DNA from: an uncultured Candidatus Saccharibacteria bacterium
GTDB taxonomy: Bacteria; Patescibacteriota; Minisyncoccia; Phycocordibacterales; UBA2100
Direction of reading: 5' to 3'
Length of the DNA: 64,000 nucleotides
NCBI GenBank assembly: GCA_964623775.1
Contig: CAZUVH010000002.1
Coordinates: 1,089 to 65,088, forward strand
The number at the start of each line of letters is the position of its first letter. Position 1 is the stretch's first letter. A program made the translations under genes and the position numbers. Under the pieces are notes generated by a model. That model did no database searches. It was given only the letters and a program-made list of their open reading frames with translations, and was not told the origin of the DNA. Shown here piece by piece: positions 49,061-58,765 of this stretch.

Positions 49061-50008
49061 ATGAGTCTTCGTCGCCTTTGTGCATCCATTCTTTTCATTG
49101 CAGCACTTTTTATTCTCGTCACGAGCAGTTTTGCGATGATAGTAGAGTCGAATGAACGAGTGATCCAAAGCGGGGAACCCCCGGCCTCTCAAGAACCAGC
49201 ACCATTTTCAATCGCTGACCAAGCTGATCGCGCAGGTATTATGAAGCAGAGCGATCGCCCTCATACGGCAGTACTCCCCGCCCCCTCCCCTCTCGTAGAT
49301 ATACGCGATGCTTCTACGTCCGCTGACAAGAGACCATCTGTGCAATATTCCGAGGGTCCCTGGATCTCGTTTAATTTTGATGACGGATTCGAATCGTCGT
49401 ACCTGCATGCGCTGCCGATTATGGATGCCGCCGGATTCAAGACAACACAGTACATCGTCACGGGAAGTATTGGGTACAAGAATTACATCTCACTCGCGCA
49501 ATTACAAAAAATCTACTCAGCAGGCCATGAGATCGGGGCGCACACGCGTACACATCCACGTCTCGACACACTGCCACTTGAGCAGGCGCAGAGCGAGATC
49601 GTCGGCTCAAAGGAAGATCTACTCAAGCTTGGTATAACTCCTGTGACCTTTGCATATCCGCATGGAAGTCATAGTCCAGCGATCGTTGACATGGTACGCA
49701 AGGCAGGGTTTATGGGCGCGCGGATCACGAGACCGGGATTCAACGATACTTCTACCGATCCGTACCTCCTGTGGTATTACGGCATCAATGCGAGCACCAC
49801 ACTACCGGTGCTTCAGGAGGTAATTGATCAAGCGGTGATCAACAAAAAATGGCTCATTTTTGTACTTCATCGCGTGGACGGTCAAAGCAGCGATTACGAG
49901 AATGTCTCACCGAAGCTGATTCAGCAGCTCGTCGATTATGTGAAGCAGCAAAATATTCGTGTCGTCACGAATGCCGAGGGTCTGCAAATGCTGGAGCAGG
50001 TGCGATGA
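49061..50008 (+). CDS. polysaccharide deacetylase (NodB homology domain) protein
   Basis: ISFNFDDG (motif 1), HEIGAHTRTHPRL (motif 2), signal/anchor N-terminus. Confidence 0.8.
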   Translation: MSLRRLCASILFIAALFILVTSSFAMIVESNERVIQSGEPPASQEPAPFSIADQADRAGIMKQSDRPHTAVLPAPSPLVDIRDASTSADKRPSVQYSEGPWISFNFDDGFESSYLHALPIMDAAGFKTTQYIVTGSIGYKNYISLAQLQKIYSAGHEIGAHTRTHPRLDTLPLEQAQSEIVGSKEDLLKLGITPVTFAYPHGSHSPAIVDMVRKAGFMGARITRPGFNDTSTDPYLLWYYGINASTTLPVLQEVIDQAVINKKWLIFVLHRVDGQSSDYENVSPKLIQQLVDYVKQQNIRVVTNAEGLQMLEQVR

Positions 50009-50044
50009 TTCGCTAGGGTACCAAAAGTGCCCGCAAATATATTG

Positions 50045-50962
50045 CTATTGCTGCACGCCTGCCGCTGCCTGCTGTGATTTGAGTTCAGCAATTTTTGCAA
50101 GAAGCAGTTGCACCTGCGCCATAAGCGTTTTAATCAGCTCGGCCTTTGCCGAGTCAGAAAGTGTCGGCGTCGCAGAGCTGTTGAGAATTGCACGCGTCTT
50201 CGGGCCCACGTTGCCGACCTGATCGAGACCATTATCCTTTTGATACAGCTTTACGGCCGCTGCGGTGAGCCCGCCGAAGAATCCGGTAGGCGCTGAAACT
50301 TTCAAATATCCTTTTGCGATGAGAATCTTTTGTAATTCCGTAACATCGTTCCCAGATGAACCTGTCTGTAGATTACGGGTGAAATTGAATATAGTCGTAC
50401 CCAAAACCTGACCTTGAGGAGTGGCAATGGTCGACGCTGAAATTGGTGCAGTGGATGTTGCTCGCGTAGTCGTCGCGATAACTGGAGTCACGGGTGTGGG
50501 TGTCGGTACGATTGAGCCACCTCCTCCCCCACCTCCACCTCCACCACCGCTTGCTGGCGGAGGAGTGGGTGAAGGCACGGCAATAGTGAATGCTAGATCT
50601 TTTTGAGTAGTGTTTCCTGCGATGAATCCTGAATGAGTGATCGCGCTCGTGCCCCCGGTTTCCGCTCCGCCATTAAATCCCGAAGCTACAACCTTGAAGG
50701 TCAATTCCCCCGCACCTTCGGCAACAACCAACTTTTGTTTCGTCAGCTCCGTATAGCCGTAGACGCCCGCGTCTTGCACTGTGACTTCGCCCGCAAGAGT
50801 CGATCCGTAGTAGACGCGCACAACAGTGCCGACCGGCGCAGCTGTGCCGTTTATTGTCACATTTCCCCAAAAAGCCATCGGGAATGCCGGAATGGTTTGC
50901 GCCGCCGCAAAAAACGGCGTAACGACAAGAAGTGCCAATGTGTATGTCAGTAATCGCTGCAT
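50045..50962 (-). CDS. secreted protein with peptidoglycan-binding (PG_binding_1) domain and poly-Gly linker
   Basis: Signal peptide; G12 run; SSGNDVTELQKILIAKGYL...LTAAAVKLYQKDNGLDQ. Confidence 0.6.
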   Translation of the reverse strand: MQRLLTYTLALLVVTPFFAAAQTIPAFPMAFWGNVTINGTAAPVGTVVRVYYGSTLAGEVTVQDAGVYGYTELTKQKLVVAEGAGELTFKVVASGFNGGAETGGTSAITHSGFIAGNTTQKDLAFTIAVPSPTPPPASGGGGGGGGGGGSIVPTPTPVTPVIATTTRATSTAPISASTIATPQGQVLGTTIFNFTRNLQTGSSGNDVTELQKILIAKGYLKVSAPTGFFGGLTAAAVKLYQKDNGLDQVGNVGPKTRAILNSSATPTLSDSAKAELIKTLMAQVQLLLAKIAELKSQQAAAGVQQ

Positions 50963-50968
50963 AAATCC

Positions 50969-53197
50969 TTAGTTACTTCGGGTTTGAATGAGACCACTGG
51001 AAGGCAAGCCGGTGAGGCCATACCCGTTCGTCCAATCAGAATCCGTCGTTACCGATGTTGAAAGCGTGTTCGGCGACCATATGAGATTACCGGTAACACC
51101 CGTAGCGGTGCCCATTCCATCGAAGGACGAATCGCCCAAGACTTTCGTCACAGCAGATGAGCCGCTTGTCACGCCTGAGACGGAACCTCTGAGTTCAAAG
51201 TAGTATGTGCTGCCTGCGGGCACCTGAACCGGATTAGAAGTCGGGTTGATAGTGAAGGGCACATCGGTCGTAATACTCGATACGGTTGAACCAATTTGTC
51301 CTCCCGCGCCCTGACCGGAGATAGCCGAAGAGTAGGACGAATCCGTGTACGCGAACAACTGCAAATCAGCGATTGAAAGCGATGTCATTGCAGATGAAAA
51401 TGTGAACTCATTGAGGCCGATTGCGCCGCTGCTATTTGATGTAACCTTGAAGCGAATCAAGCGGCCGTCAGCGACACCTGTTGAGGATAATGTGTCGAGC
51501 GTAAGTGTTGGGTATGACTTAACAATGCGCACACCAGCGACTCCCGCTGTTGCGCCCTGAGAATTTATTGTGGATCCAGAAGACACGCCTGTACCTTCTG
51601 CATTTGCGGGGTCCATCTTAAGCAGTGATCCGCTCACAGTTGGCTGTGTAAGATCGGCCCTCACCGTGATGAGAACATCGGTATCACTCGCGAGTGATAG
51701 CGGTGTGGACAGTGTCGATGTCGCATATGTATCACTCCCCATAAATGAGGCCGTGCCAATTAGCGTCGCGCCGTTGTAAAGATTTATTTGAGAGAAGTCG
51801 GTATTTTGTCCACTCGTGCGAGCAAGACCCAATTTAGTAAGCAAGACTGACTCGCTGGTCGCGCGGAGCTTAATAACACCCAATGTGACATTTGTCGCGC
51901 CGCCTGCGACAAGTGCATATGACGGTGAAGATGCATCCACCGTTAACGACAAAGATGCAGCTGCGACTGTCATTGTGCCGCCTGACTGGTTCCCAAATGT
52001 CTCGGTGACATTAAACCCCGATGTCACACCGGTGGAGCCCCACGTGTCGTTGTCACTGATACTCCACGTGAATGTGCCCGCTGCGGACCCTGAGACACCG
52101 CACTTCAAAGACAATGTTTTTATTGTGCCTTGTGAGACGATCAGAGAATTATCTAGGATGAAATTGTTCGGTGTCGTACCTGAATTTATTGAGTTGAGCA
52201 CGTTACTTCCGGTATTTAGCGCAGTCCCTCCGTCCCAAAGTTGGCACGAGTTCAAATGACCTGCGAGAGCTCCATTACTCAGCGCCAGTCTAGTCGGTAT
52301 TGTAGAGATGCGTACGTTTTCTTGCGATCCAACCGCACTAAGCAAAATATTTGCTAAATGGATTCCCGTACCAGCTGTAATGTTTTGTGATGCCGGACTT
52401 GCAGACATGCTCACAGACAGCGTTGGAACAAGGACTACATTAAACTCATCCGAATCATTGCCATTTACACAACCCACATCGCTCAAGTCAGTGCTGCCGT
52501 CACTGTCGTTATCAAGTCCGTCATTGCAAACAGGAACAGAATCATTCTGAAAACCAGTATAGAGTGCTGAGGAATCGGTAATGTAAACTGCGTACGCTTT
52601 CGTCTCACGAAAATCATTAAGTGTGTTCACGTTCGGTTGCGTGTGCATATCCCACGTCTGACCGATGGCAAGAGAGTCGGGATCAGTAGCATACGAGTCC
52701 GGGGTGAAATCCACCGCCTGACTCAATTTTGTTCCCAACGTGAATAGAACATCGTTAACATTATTTGAGTCAACAGATGACGCGCCGCGTTCGAGAGCGT
52801 ATGTGGGATTAGCAACACCGATCGAGTACCAACCCGTTTGGGTAAATGAGCGACTGAACAGACGTTCGTTCGGAGTCGTACTCGCTTTGTAATTGAATGT
52901 GAGCGTTTGATTAATTCCCGTTTTGTTGTTTACAAAATATCCATAGAGCGGGGTAAATTCAGCTTGACCCATGCCCGCCATAGTCGACCAAGTTGAACCA
53001 TTGAGGACATAGACATCAAAATTTGCCGATGTCTCGGCTGCCGAAAATGAGTGACTATCAAGGACTCGCGGGGTCGAAACGATATTCCAACCCGCAGAAA
53101 GAGTGACGTCCTCGCTATAGAGTGTTGCGGCGTACGCCGGTGAGGCGATAAAAATGACGGCACTGAGTACGGAACCCAAAATCGGGTAGATTTTCAT
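50969..53197 (-). CDS. large secreted Ser/Thr-rich surface protein with CNDGLDNDSDG...GC motif
   Basis: 742 aa, signal peptide MKIYPILGSVLSAVIFIASPAYA; repetitive beta-rich composition. Confidence 0.6.
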   Translation of the reverse strand: MKIYPILGSVLSAVIFIASPAYAATLYSEDVTLSAGWNIVSTPRVLDSHSFSAAETSANFDVYVLNGSTWSTMAGMGQAEFTPLYGYFVNNKTGINQTLTFNYKASTTPNERLFSRSFTQTGWYSIGVANPTYALERGASSVDSNNVNDVLFTLGTKLSQAVDFTPDSYATDPDSLAIGQTWDMHTQPNVNTLNDFRETKAYAVYITDSSALYTGFQNDSVPVCNDGLDNDSDGSTDLSDVGCVNGNDSDEFNVVLVPTLSVSMSASPASQNITAGTGIHLANILLSAVGSQENVRISTIPTRLALSNGALAGHLNSCQLWDGGTALNTGSNVLNSINSGTTPNNFILDNSLIVSQGTIKTLSLKCGVSGSAAGTFTWSISDNDTWGSTGVTSGFNVTETFGNQSGGTMTVAAASLSLTVDASSPSYALVAGGATNVTLGVIKLRATSESVLLTKLGLARTSGQNTDFSQINLYNGATLIGTASFMGSDTYATSTLSTPLSLASDTDVLITVRADLTQPTVSGSLLKMDPANAEGTGVSSGSTINSQGATAGVAGVRIVKSYPTLTLDTLSSTGVADGRLIRFKVTSNSSGAIGLNEFTFSSAMTSLSIADLQLFAYTDSSYSSAISGQGAGGQIGSTVSSITTDVPFTINPTSNPVQVPAGSTYYFELRGSVSGVTSGSSAVTKVLGDSSFDGMGTATGVTGNLIWSPNTLSTSVTTDSDWTNGYGLTGLPSSGLIQTRSN

Positions 53198-53298
53198 ATT
53201 TTATAATTATACCATATTATTATTGTTAATGCAAGTCCTGAAGAGACAGTGACTGAGTGTAAATCGTGTTCTACGGTACAGGGTTGATTATAGAAATA

Positions 53299-54375
53299 TC
53301 AAAGCGCTGAGAGGGCAAGAATGATGCCGGCGGAGGCGAAGACGACAGAGAGAATCCAGTAGCGCATCACGACTTTGTAGCCAGGCCAACCGAGCGCCTC
53401 AAAATGATGATGCAAGGGGGCAATACGAAACAATTTTTGCCCAAAAAATTTCTTCCACGTGACCTGAAGTATATCGGAGGCGACTGTCACCACAAGAAGA
53501 AAGCCAATGATCGGTAAGACGGCTATACCGATGCCGCCGCCAAGATTGTCTGTCATAAACGCGACGACGGCGACGGTGAGTGTGAGGCCCATTGTGCCCG
53601 TGTCCGACATATAGAATCGCGCTGGAGGGACGTTGAACCACAAGAACGCGAGGATACCGCCGACGACTGCCGCACAAAATGTGGCGAGGTCGACCTGGTT
53701 TTGCATGAAGGCGATTACGGCATATGCCGCGAATATCGAGGCGAATACGCCACCGGAGAGGCCGTCGATACCGTCGATAACGCCCGATGCGTAGAGTGCG
53801 AGTGATGTGAGAATGAAAAACGGGATAATGAGCCAGCCGATCTCAAGGGGCGCGTGGAATGGCACGTTGATCGCGATTATGTCGAGTTTGTACCAGAACC
53901 AGATGCCGATAAAGAGCGCGAGAAGCACGACAGTGATGAGGCGGGATCGAAGGCGAAGCCCTTTTCCGCCCTCGCGAATAACAAGGAGATCGTCGATCAT
54001 CCCCACGATTGCGCCCACGAGGAGTGTCGCGAGCGGAATCCATGTTTGATTACGACTGAGGAAGCTGAATTGTTCTACAATTGTGCCGTTTCCGATCAAT
54101 GAGAAAAGCGCAAGAAGGAGTGCGGTCAAAAGGACGCTCCCCCATATCACGATGCCGCCCATACGCGGCGCGCGCACCTCGTGGACCTCGTGCAAGCGGT
54201 TGAATTCTGATGCGTTCGTACCGTCGAGACCGATCTTGCCGGGGGCCTTTTTCCAAGCCTTGTATTTATAGAGAAAATGCGTCAGAACCGGGGTCATGGC
54301 AATACCGATCGCAAACGCAATTCCGGATGGTACAAGCACCCGCACGATTTCAGGAATCATCAGCATATTGTACAC
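53299..54375 (-). CDS. mraY: phospho-N-acetylmuramoyl-pentapeptide transferase MraY
   Basis: GT4-family motifs IDGIDGLSGG and NVPPARFYMSDTG. Confidence 0.9.
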   Translation of the reverse strand: MYNMLMIPEIVRVLVPSGIAFAIGIAMTPVLTHFLYKYKAWKKAPGKIGLDGTNASEFNRLHEVHEVRAPRMGGIVIWGSVLLTALLLALFSLIGNGTIVEQFSFLSRNQTWIPLATLLVGAIVGMIDDLLVIREGGKGLRLRSRLITVVLLALFIGIWFWYKLDIIAINVPFHAPLEIGWLIIPFFILTSLALYASGVIDGIDGLSGGVFASIFAAYAVIAFMQNQVDLATFCAAVVGGILAFLWFNVPPARFYMSDTGTMGLTLTVAVVAFMTDNLGGGIGIAVLPIIGFLLVVTVASDILQVTWKKFFGQKLFRIAPLHHHFEALGWPGYKVVMRYWILSVVFASAGIILALSAL

Positions 54376-54398
54376 GGGAAATGTATTTTGCAGCCAAG

Positions 54399-54602
54399 CT
54401 AATTCTGGCTCTCGTGCTCGTGCGCCTGCGACTCAAAACCCTTGAATTTGGGCGATGCGGCGCGCCTTTTGTCTCGCTCAATACGCAGGCGCTCTCTGCG
54501 CCGAGCCGCTATCCTATCGATTGCCGCGGCGATACTTGCTCCCAGGAGCATTGATCCTAGATATATGCCTATTCTCACAAGAATTGCGATAAATGCAGGC
54601 AT
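54399..54602 (-). CDS. small single-TM protein (hypothetical)
   Basis: 67 aa; one TM then basic tail. Confidence 0.35.
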   Translation of the reverse strand: MPAFIAILVRIGIYLGSMLLGASIAAAIDRIAARRRERLRIERDKRRAASPKFKGFESQAHEHESQN

Positions 54603-54608
54603 ATCTCG

Positions 54609-55613
54609 CTAGTTTTCCTGAGCTACCGCTGCGTACGTAGCTGAAATGATTTTCTTCATATCCTCAAAGCGGCCGTCCTGGGTGGATCCAAGGACGACAG
54701 CTACGACCGGGTGCGCAAGACCGACGTCAAAAACAATCGCGAGATTGCCACCCGCAAGATCAGTGAGACCTGTCTTGCCCATAATGAGGCCCGAGATGGA
54801 CCCGAGGGCGTTGTTGGTGTTGTTGGCCGAGGTGGTGTCGCCGCGCACAGAGGTCAGAAGTAAACCGTCTTTTGTTGTGCCCGCAAAAACAGCCGGCCAC
54901 TCTTTTGAGGCATACGCAAAAAGTATTGCTACATCGCGTGCGGAGCCATACGATCCTGCCTGTGTGACACTCTCATCAAGCCCGCTTACATTAAGAAAAT
55001 ACGTATTATTGAGGCCGAGTTCGCGTGCGAGGCTGTTCATGCGCCACAAAGTTGCGCGACTTTTCGGCGCTGCCGCATGTGCGGCACTGATCAGGGGGTC
55101 GGCCGTTTCTGCCAAAATGTCGGCTCCGTCATTGGATGATCCAATGAGCGTAAAGTCGAGAATGTCTTTGATGCGCCAGACGTCTCCCGTGGCGAGGTGT
55201 TCTGCGGTGCCATTTTGAGCGGATGTATAGCGCGGGATCTTGATTGCCGCGTCGGGTGAGAGCACTTCCGATACGACGATGGCGAGCGGGACTTTTGTCA
55301 GCGAGGCGAGTGGCAACTGAGCATCTGCGTTTTTTGCGTATAAGACTTTATTGGTTTTCAAATCGAGGACGTACGACGATCGCGCAAGAATTTCAATACC
55401 CGCAAATGGATCGACGACGGTCGTTGCTGCGGCGGTCTGTGCAGCACGATTCGTAAAAGTCGCCTTAAGTACTGCTTCCTCGGCCAATAAGCCGATAGCC
55501 GCCATCGTGATGCCGCCAAGAATAAGCCCGATAACCTTGGGCCGAAGAAAATAGTTAGCTCTGGCTTTCCGGTGCGCCAGTACCATTGAGTGCGTTATCG
55601 GAGGAGCTTCCAT
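54609..55613 (-). CDS. serine-type D-Ala-D-Ala carboxypeptidase (S11, PBP5-like)
   Basis: SLTK (SxxK), SSND (SxN), KTGLT (KTG) in canonical order. Confidence 0.8.
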   Translation of the reverse strand: MEAPPITHSMVLAHRKARANYFLRPKVIGLILGGITMAAIGLLAEEAVLKATFTNRAAQTAAATTVVDPFAGIEILARSSYVLDLKTNKVLYAKNADAQLPLASLTKVPLAIVVSEVLSPDAAIKIPRYTSAQNGTAEHLATGDVWRIKDILDFTLIGSSNDGADILAETADPLISAAHAAAPKSRATLWRMNSLARELGLNNTYFLNVSGLDESVTQAGSYGSARDVAILFAYASKEWPAVFAGTTKDGLLLTSVRGDTTSANNTNNALGSISGLIMGKTGLTDLAGGNLAIVFDVGLAHPVVAVVLGSTQDGRFEDMKKIISATYAAVAQEN

Positions 55614-56202
55614 TGTCTTTAAAAGGGCTGGCCTCCTCTTCGAAGGTCTTCAGCTCATTGGAAATAGTACCATAATCGGGCAATTCTTCGGCTTTATGAA
55701 TACCGAGATGCGCAAGGAGTTCGACAGTCGGTCGATACAAGTATTCGCGTGCATCATCGGGATTTCCGATGCGTTCGAGGAGTCCGCGAGAGAGCAAATT
55801 GCGGATGGTCGAGCTCGTATTTACTCCGCGGATGTAATCGATCTGCGCGCGCGTGGAAGGACCACGATAGAGCACAATAGAGAGCACTTCGAGACCCGCA
55901 TCGCCGATCTCGCGGCCCAATTCGCGCTGATATGCGTCGCGGATTTCCTGCGATGTCTCTTTGGAGAGCACGAGCGAAGCCTCGGTAGCTGTATGCACGA
56001 GGGTGATCCCGCGATCCTTGAGACGCGACTCGAGCTCGAGTAGTGCGGGTGTAAGATCCGCGTCCTTCATGTCTAATAACTGCGCGAGTTTCTTGAGAGA
56101 CAGCGATCCGCCTTCCGAAAAAAGGAAAGCTTCGATGCGCGACGAAAGATCAGCCTTTTTCAAATCTATTTTTTTATCGTCATCCATACCGTGGTGCGCC
56201 AA
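55555..56202 (-). CDS. scpB: segregation and condensation protein B
   Basis: Tandem winged-helix ScpB pattern (IEAFLF...LSIVLYRGPSTRAQIDYIRGVN). Confidence 0.8.
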   Translation of the reverse strand: MAHHGMDDDKKIDLKKADLSSRIEAFLFSEGGSLSLKKLAQLLDMKDADLTPALLELESRLKDRGITLVHTATEASLVLSKETSQEIRDAYQRELGREIGDAGLEVLSIVLYRGPSTRAQIDYIRGVNTSSTIRNLLSRGLLERIGNPDDAREYLYRPTVELLAHLGIHKAEELPDYGTISNELKTFEEEASPFKDNGSSSDNALNGTGAPESQS

Positions 56203-56902
56203 TTATATCGTTCTCTATGGTAATTTCTTCAAAAAGCCGCTCCTGGGTGATACTCGCCGAGCCAGAACGCACAAGCTCGAGCATCGCGAGGAAATACACA
56301 ATGGTCTCGTGTTTGTCGGAGTTCTTCGTGAGGTCACTGAACCGCGCCTTGAATGCGGTCGAGAGGCGCTGCTTTAGATTTACGATCACGTCTTCGAGCG
56401 CAAGGACAGGCGCGACAGCGGCACGGGCGAGCGCCTCAGGCTTCGGCAAAAGGCTCGCGAGCTTACGTGCAGCCGCGGCGATAGTCGGAATACTTGCCTC
56501 AGCCGGTGTAAACACCGACTCGCGAAGCGGCGCGCGGCGAGCAAAAAGGAGGGGGTGAGTCCCCCACTCTTTTCGCAAGAGCTTTGCCGCCTTGCGAAAA
56601 ATGGCGTAGCGGGCGAGGCGTCGTTCAAGCTCTTCGACACTCTCCTTCTCCTCATCTGAAAGCTCGAGCGACGGAAGGAGTGTGCGGGATTTGATGAGGA
56701 GTAGTGTGCTCGCCACGAGGATGAATTGCGCCGTCTCGCCAAGCGGCATCTCCGGCAACTTCTCCACATACGCCAGATATGCGTCACATACATCAGAAAG
56801 CGAGACTTCAGAGACAGAAAGCTTACGCTCCTCGATCAAATTCAAAAGTGCCTCAAGCGGGCCTTGAAATTTCTCGGTCGCAAGCGTGAACGTGTCTCCC
56901 AT
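56180..56902 (-). CDS. scpA: segregation and condensation protein A
   Basis: FQGPLEALLNLIEERKL N-terminus typical of ScpA; adjacent to scpB. Confidence 0.8.
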   Translation of the reverse strand: MGDTFTLATEKFQGPLEALLNLIEERKLSVSEVSLSDVCDAYLAYVEKLPEMPLGETAQFILVASTLLLIKSRTLLPSLELSDEEKESVEELERRLARYAIFRKAAKLLRKEWGTHPLLFARRAPLRESVFTPAEASIPTIAAAARKLASLLPKPEALARAAVAPVLALEDVIVNLKQRLSTAFKARFSDLTKNSDKHETIVYFLAMLELVRSGSASITQERLFEEITIENDIIGAPRYG

Positions 56903-56916
56903 CCCACTATTTTACC

Positions 56917-58251
56917 TTACTTCACCTCAGGATCGACCTCGGAAAGACGCACGTCAATGCGATTCATGTCGCGGGGGAACATCGTCGCTTCACGGATATT
57001 TTTGAGCCCCAAGATCTGCATGGTCATGCGCTCTGCGCCAAAAGCGAATCCGCCTTCTGGTGGAGCGCCGTATCGAAATGCTTCGAGGAACATCTCGATC
57101 TTTGATGGATCCATTTTCCACTCGTTCACATGGTCCATGAGCTGTTGGTAGTCATTGATACGACGACCACCAGAGAGCCATTCAACGCCACGGCAAAGGA
57201 GATCCATGCCTTCATTCACATCCGGATTCTCCGGATTTGGATATACATAGAAGGGCTTCTGACGCGTCGGGTATCCGTATACGTAAACGAAATCCGAACC
57301 CGTCTCTTCTTTGATGACTTCACAGATCCGGCGCTCTTGTTCTGGATTCAGATCTTTGTCGGCGGGGACGCCAAGCTTTTCAAATACTTCTGCAAGCGAA
57401 AGGGTTGGTGTTTTGTCGATCATAGCGGGAAGCGTCGCACCGAGGAATTCGAGCTCTTTGGCACATTTCTCTTCAAGTGCCTTCAAAATGAATCGGACAG
57501 TGGCTTCCGACATGTCGCGCACATCCGTCCACGAGTCGATAAATGCCATTTCCGCGTCGAGCGAGACGATTTCAGTGAGGTGCCGCGTCGTCGTGCTTGG
57601 CTCAGCGCGAAATACTTTGTTGACCGAAAAGACACGCTCAAAAGCGGTCATCACGATCTGCTTATAGAGCTGCGGTGACTGGGTAAGAAATGCAGAATGT
57701 TCAAAGTACTTTACCTGGAAGACTTCTGCGCCGCCCTCAGCTGTCGCTGGTGTGATCGTGGGTGCCTGGAATTCAAAAAAGCCCTGCGATTTCATGTATT
57801 CACGAAACGCGTCGATTATGACTGCCTGCACTTTAAATACCGCCTGCGATTTCGGATGACGGAGCGTGAGGGCGCGATGATCGAGCTCTGTGGTGAGGTC
57901 GACGTTGTAGCCGCTTTCAGACATATCAAAGGGAAGCGGCTCGGCCTTGGCGAGCACCGTGAGGCCGGTCACCTCGAGCTCAATATCGCCATTTTGCACT
58001 TTGGCATTACGATTTTTCTCGGGGCGCTCGTTGACCTTGCCAGTGACTTCCACGACGTATTCGATCTTTATCTCCTTTGCGGTCTCGATAGCTTCGGATT
58101 TCGGTAAAACGACACCCTGTACGGTGCCCGAGCGATCGCGGAAATCAAAAAAAACCATCTTGCCCTGATCGCGACGCACGGATACCCAGCCCTTAATGAG
58201 AGCAGTTTCCCCCACCTTTGTATTCAAATCCCCTATCATTGTCCGCTCCAT
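56917..58251 (-). CDS. aspS: class IIb aminoacyl-tRNA synthetase, archaeal/eukaryotic-type aspartyl- (or asparaginyl-) tRNA synthetase
   Basis: N-terminal OB fold, motif 2 FRAE, motif 3 GFAFGAERM; 444 aa. Confidence 0.7.
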   Translation of the reverse strand: MERTMIGDLNTKVGETALIKGWVSVRRDQGKMVFFDFRDRSGTVQGVVLPKSEAIETAKEIKIEYVVEVTGKVNERPEKNRNAKVQNGDIELEVTGLTVLAKAEPLPFDMSESGYNVDLTTELDHRALTLRHPKSQAVFKVQAVIIDAFREYMKSQGFFEFQAPTITPATAEGGAEVFQVKYFEHSAFLTQSPQLYKQIVMTAFERVFSVNKVFRAEPSTTTRHLTEIVSLDAEMAFIDSWTDVRDMSEATVRFILKALEEKCAKELEFLGATLPAMIDKTPTLSLAEVFEKLGVPADKDLNPEQERRICEVIKEETGSDFVYVYGYPTRQKPFYVYPNPENPDVNEGMDLLCRGVEWLSGGRRINDYQQLMDHVNEWKMDPSKIEMFLEAFRYGAPPEGGFAFGAERMTMQILGLKNIREATMFPRDMNRIDVRLSEVDPEVK

Positions 58252-58302
58252 ATGGCACTAGTGTAGCAGAAATTGCTGGCCGTAGTGAAATTTTGCGGCG
58301 AT

Positions 58303-58330
58303 TGACAAAAGATCGTTTCGCATGTATAAT
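58303..58330 (+). promoter_or_regulatory. perfect consensus sigma70 promoter (TTGACA-16-TATAAT)
   Basis: TTGACA 58303-58308, TATAAT 58325-58330; drives the small-peptide genes. Confidence 0.6.
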
Positions 58331-58405
58331 TACATTAGTCGGTGCCGATTGCCGTTAAGCCAACCTTCTGGGCTCATCCACCCCCACATCTCAAGGAGAA
58401 AACGT

Positions 58406-58507
58406 ATGCTGAAACTTTCAAGAATCGAATGTGTGCTGATCGCTCCGATTGGCGCCAGTATCTTGATTGCTCTCGTGGGACTTGCCCTTGTCCTCAATGG
58501 CATGTAG
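58406..58507 (+). CDS. 33-aa hydrophobic peptide (hypothetical)
   Basis: AAGGAG RBS 8 nt upstream; MLKLSRIECVLIAPIGASILIALVGLALVLNGM*. Confidence 0.45.
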   Translation: MLKLSRIECVLIAPIGASILIALVGLALVLNGM

Positions 58508-58555
58508 GTGTGGTCACATTCCGCATCACAGGTCTTTTCTGCAAAAGGAGGCTCC

Positions 58556-58711
58556 ATGAAACTCCCAACAATTTTGACGTTGCTCGCTATCGCTATTCTC
58601 GCCGCGCTTCTCCTCGTCAATGGGGCCGGATATGGTAGCGGAATCGGATACATTCTGATTACGACCAGTGTCTCGTGTGTGGTCATCGCTGCCGTCGTCG
58701 CTGTCGACTGA
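58556..58711 (+). CDS. 51-aa hydrophobic peptide (hypothetical, paralog of preceding peptide)
   Basis: AAGGAGG RBS; MKLPTILTLLAIAILAALLLVNGAGYGSGIGYILITTSVSCVVIAAVVAVD*. Confidence 0.45.
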   Translation: MKLPTILTLLAIAILAALLLVNGAGYGSGIGYILITTSVSCVVIAAVVAVD

Positions 58712-58728
58712 TGTAATGGCTGCTGCCA

Positions 58729-58765
58729 TAGAAGACCTGTCTTTATTGGCAGGTCTTTTCTTTTT
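58729..58765 (+). terminator. intrinsic terminator after peptide pair
   Basis: aagacctg-tctttattgg-caggtctt followed by ttctttttat. Confidence 0.6.

Noticed and set aside
50495-50560. Poly-G/poly-C nucleotide tract as CRISPR or other repeat
   Set aside because: It is the coding sequence of a Gly12 linker (reverse strand) inside the PG-binding protein gene. No spacer-repeat periodicity; no CRISPR arrays detected anywhere in the window.
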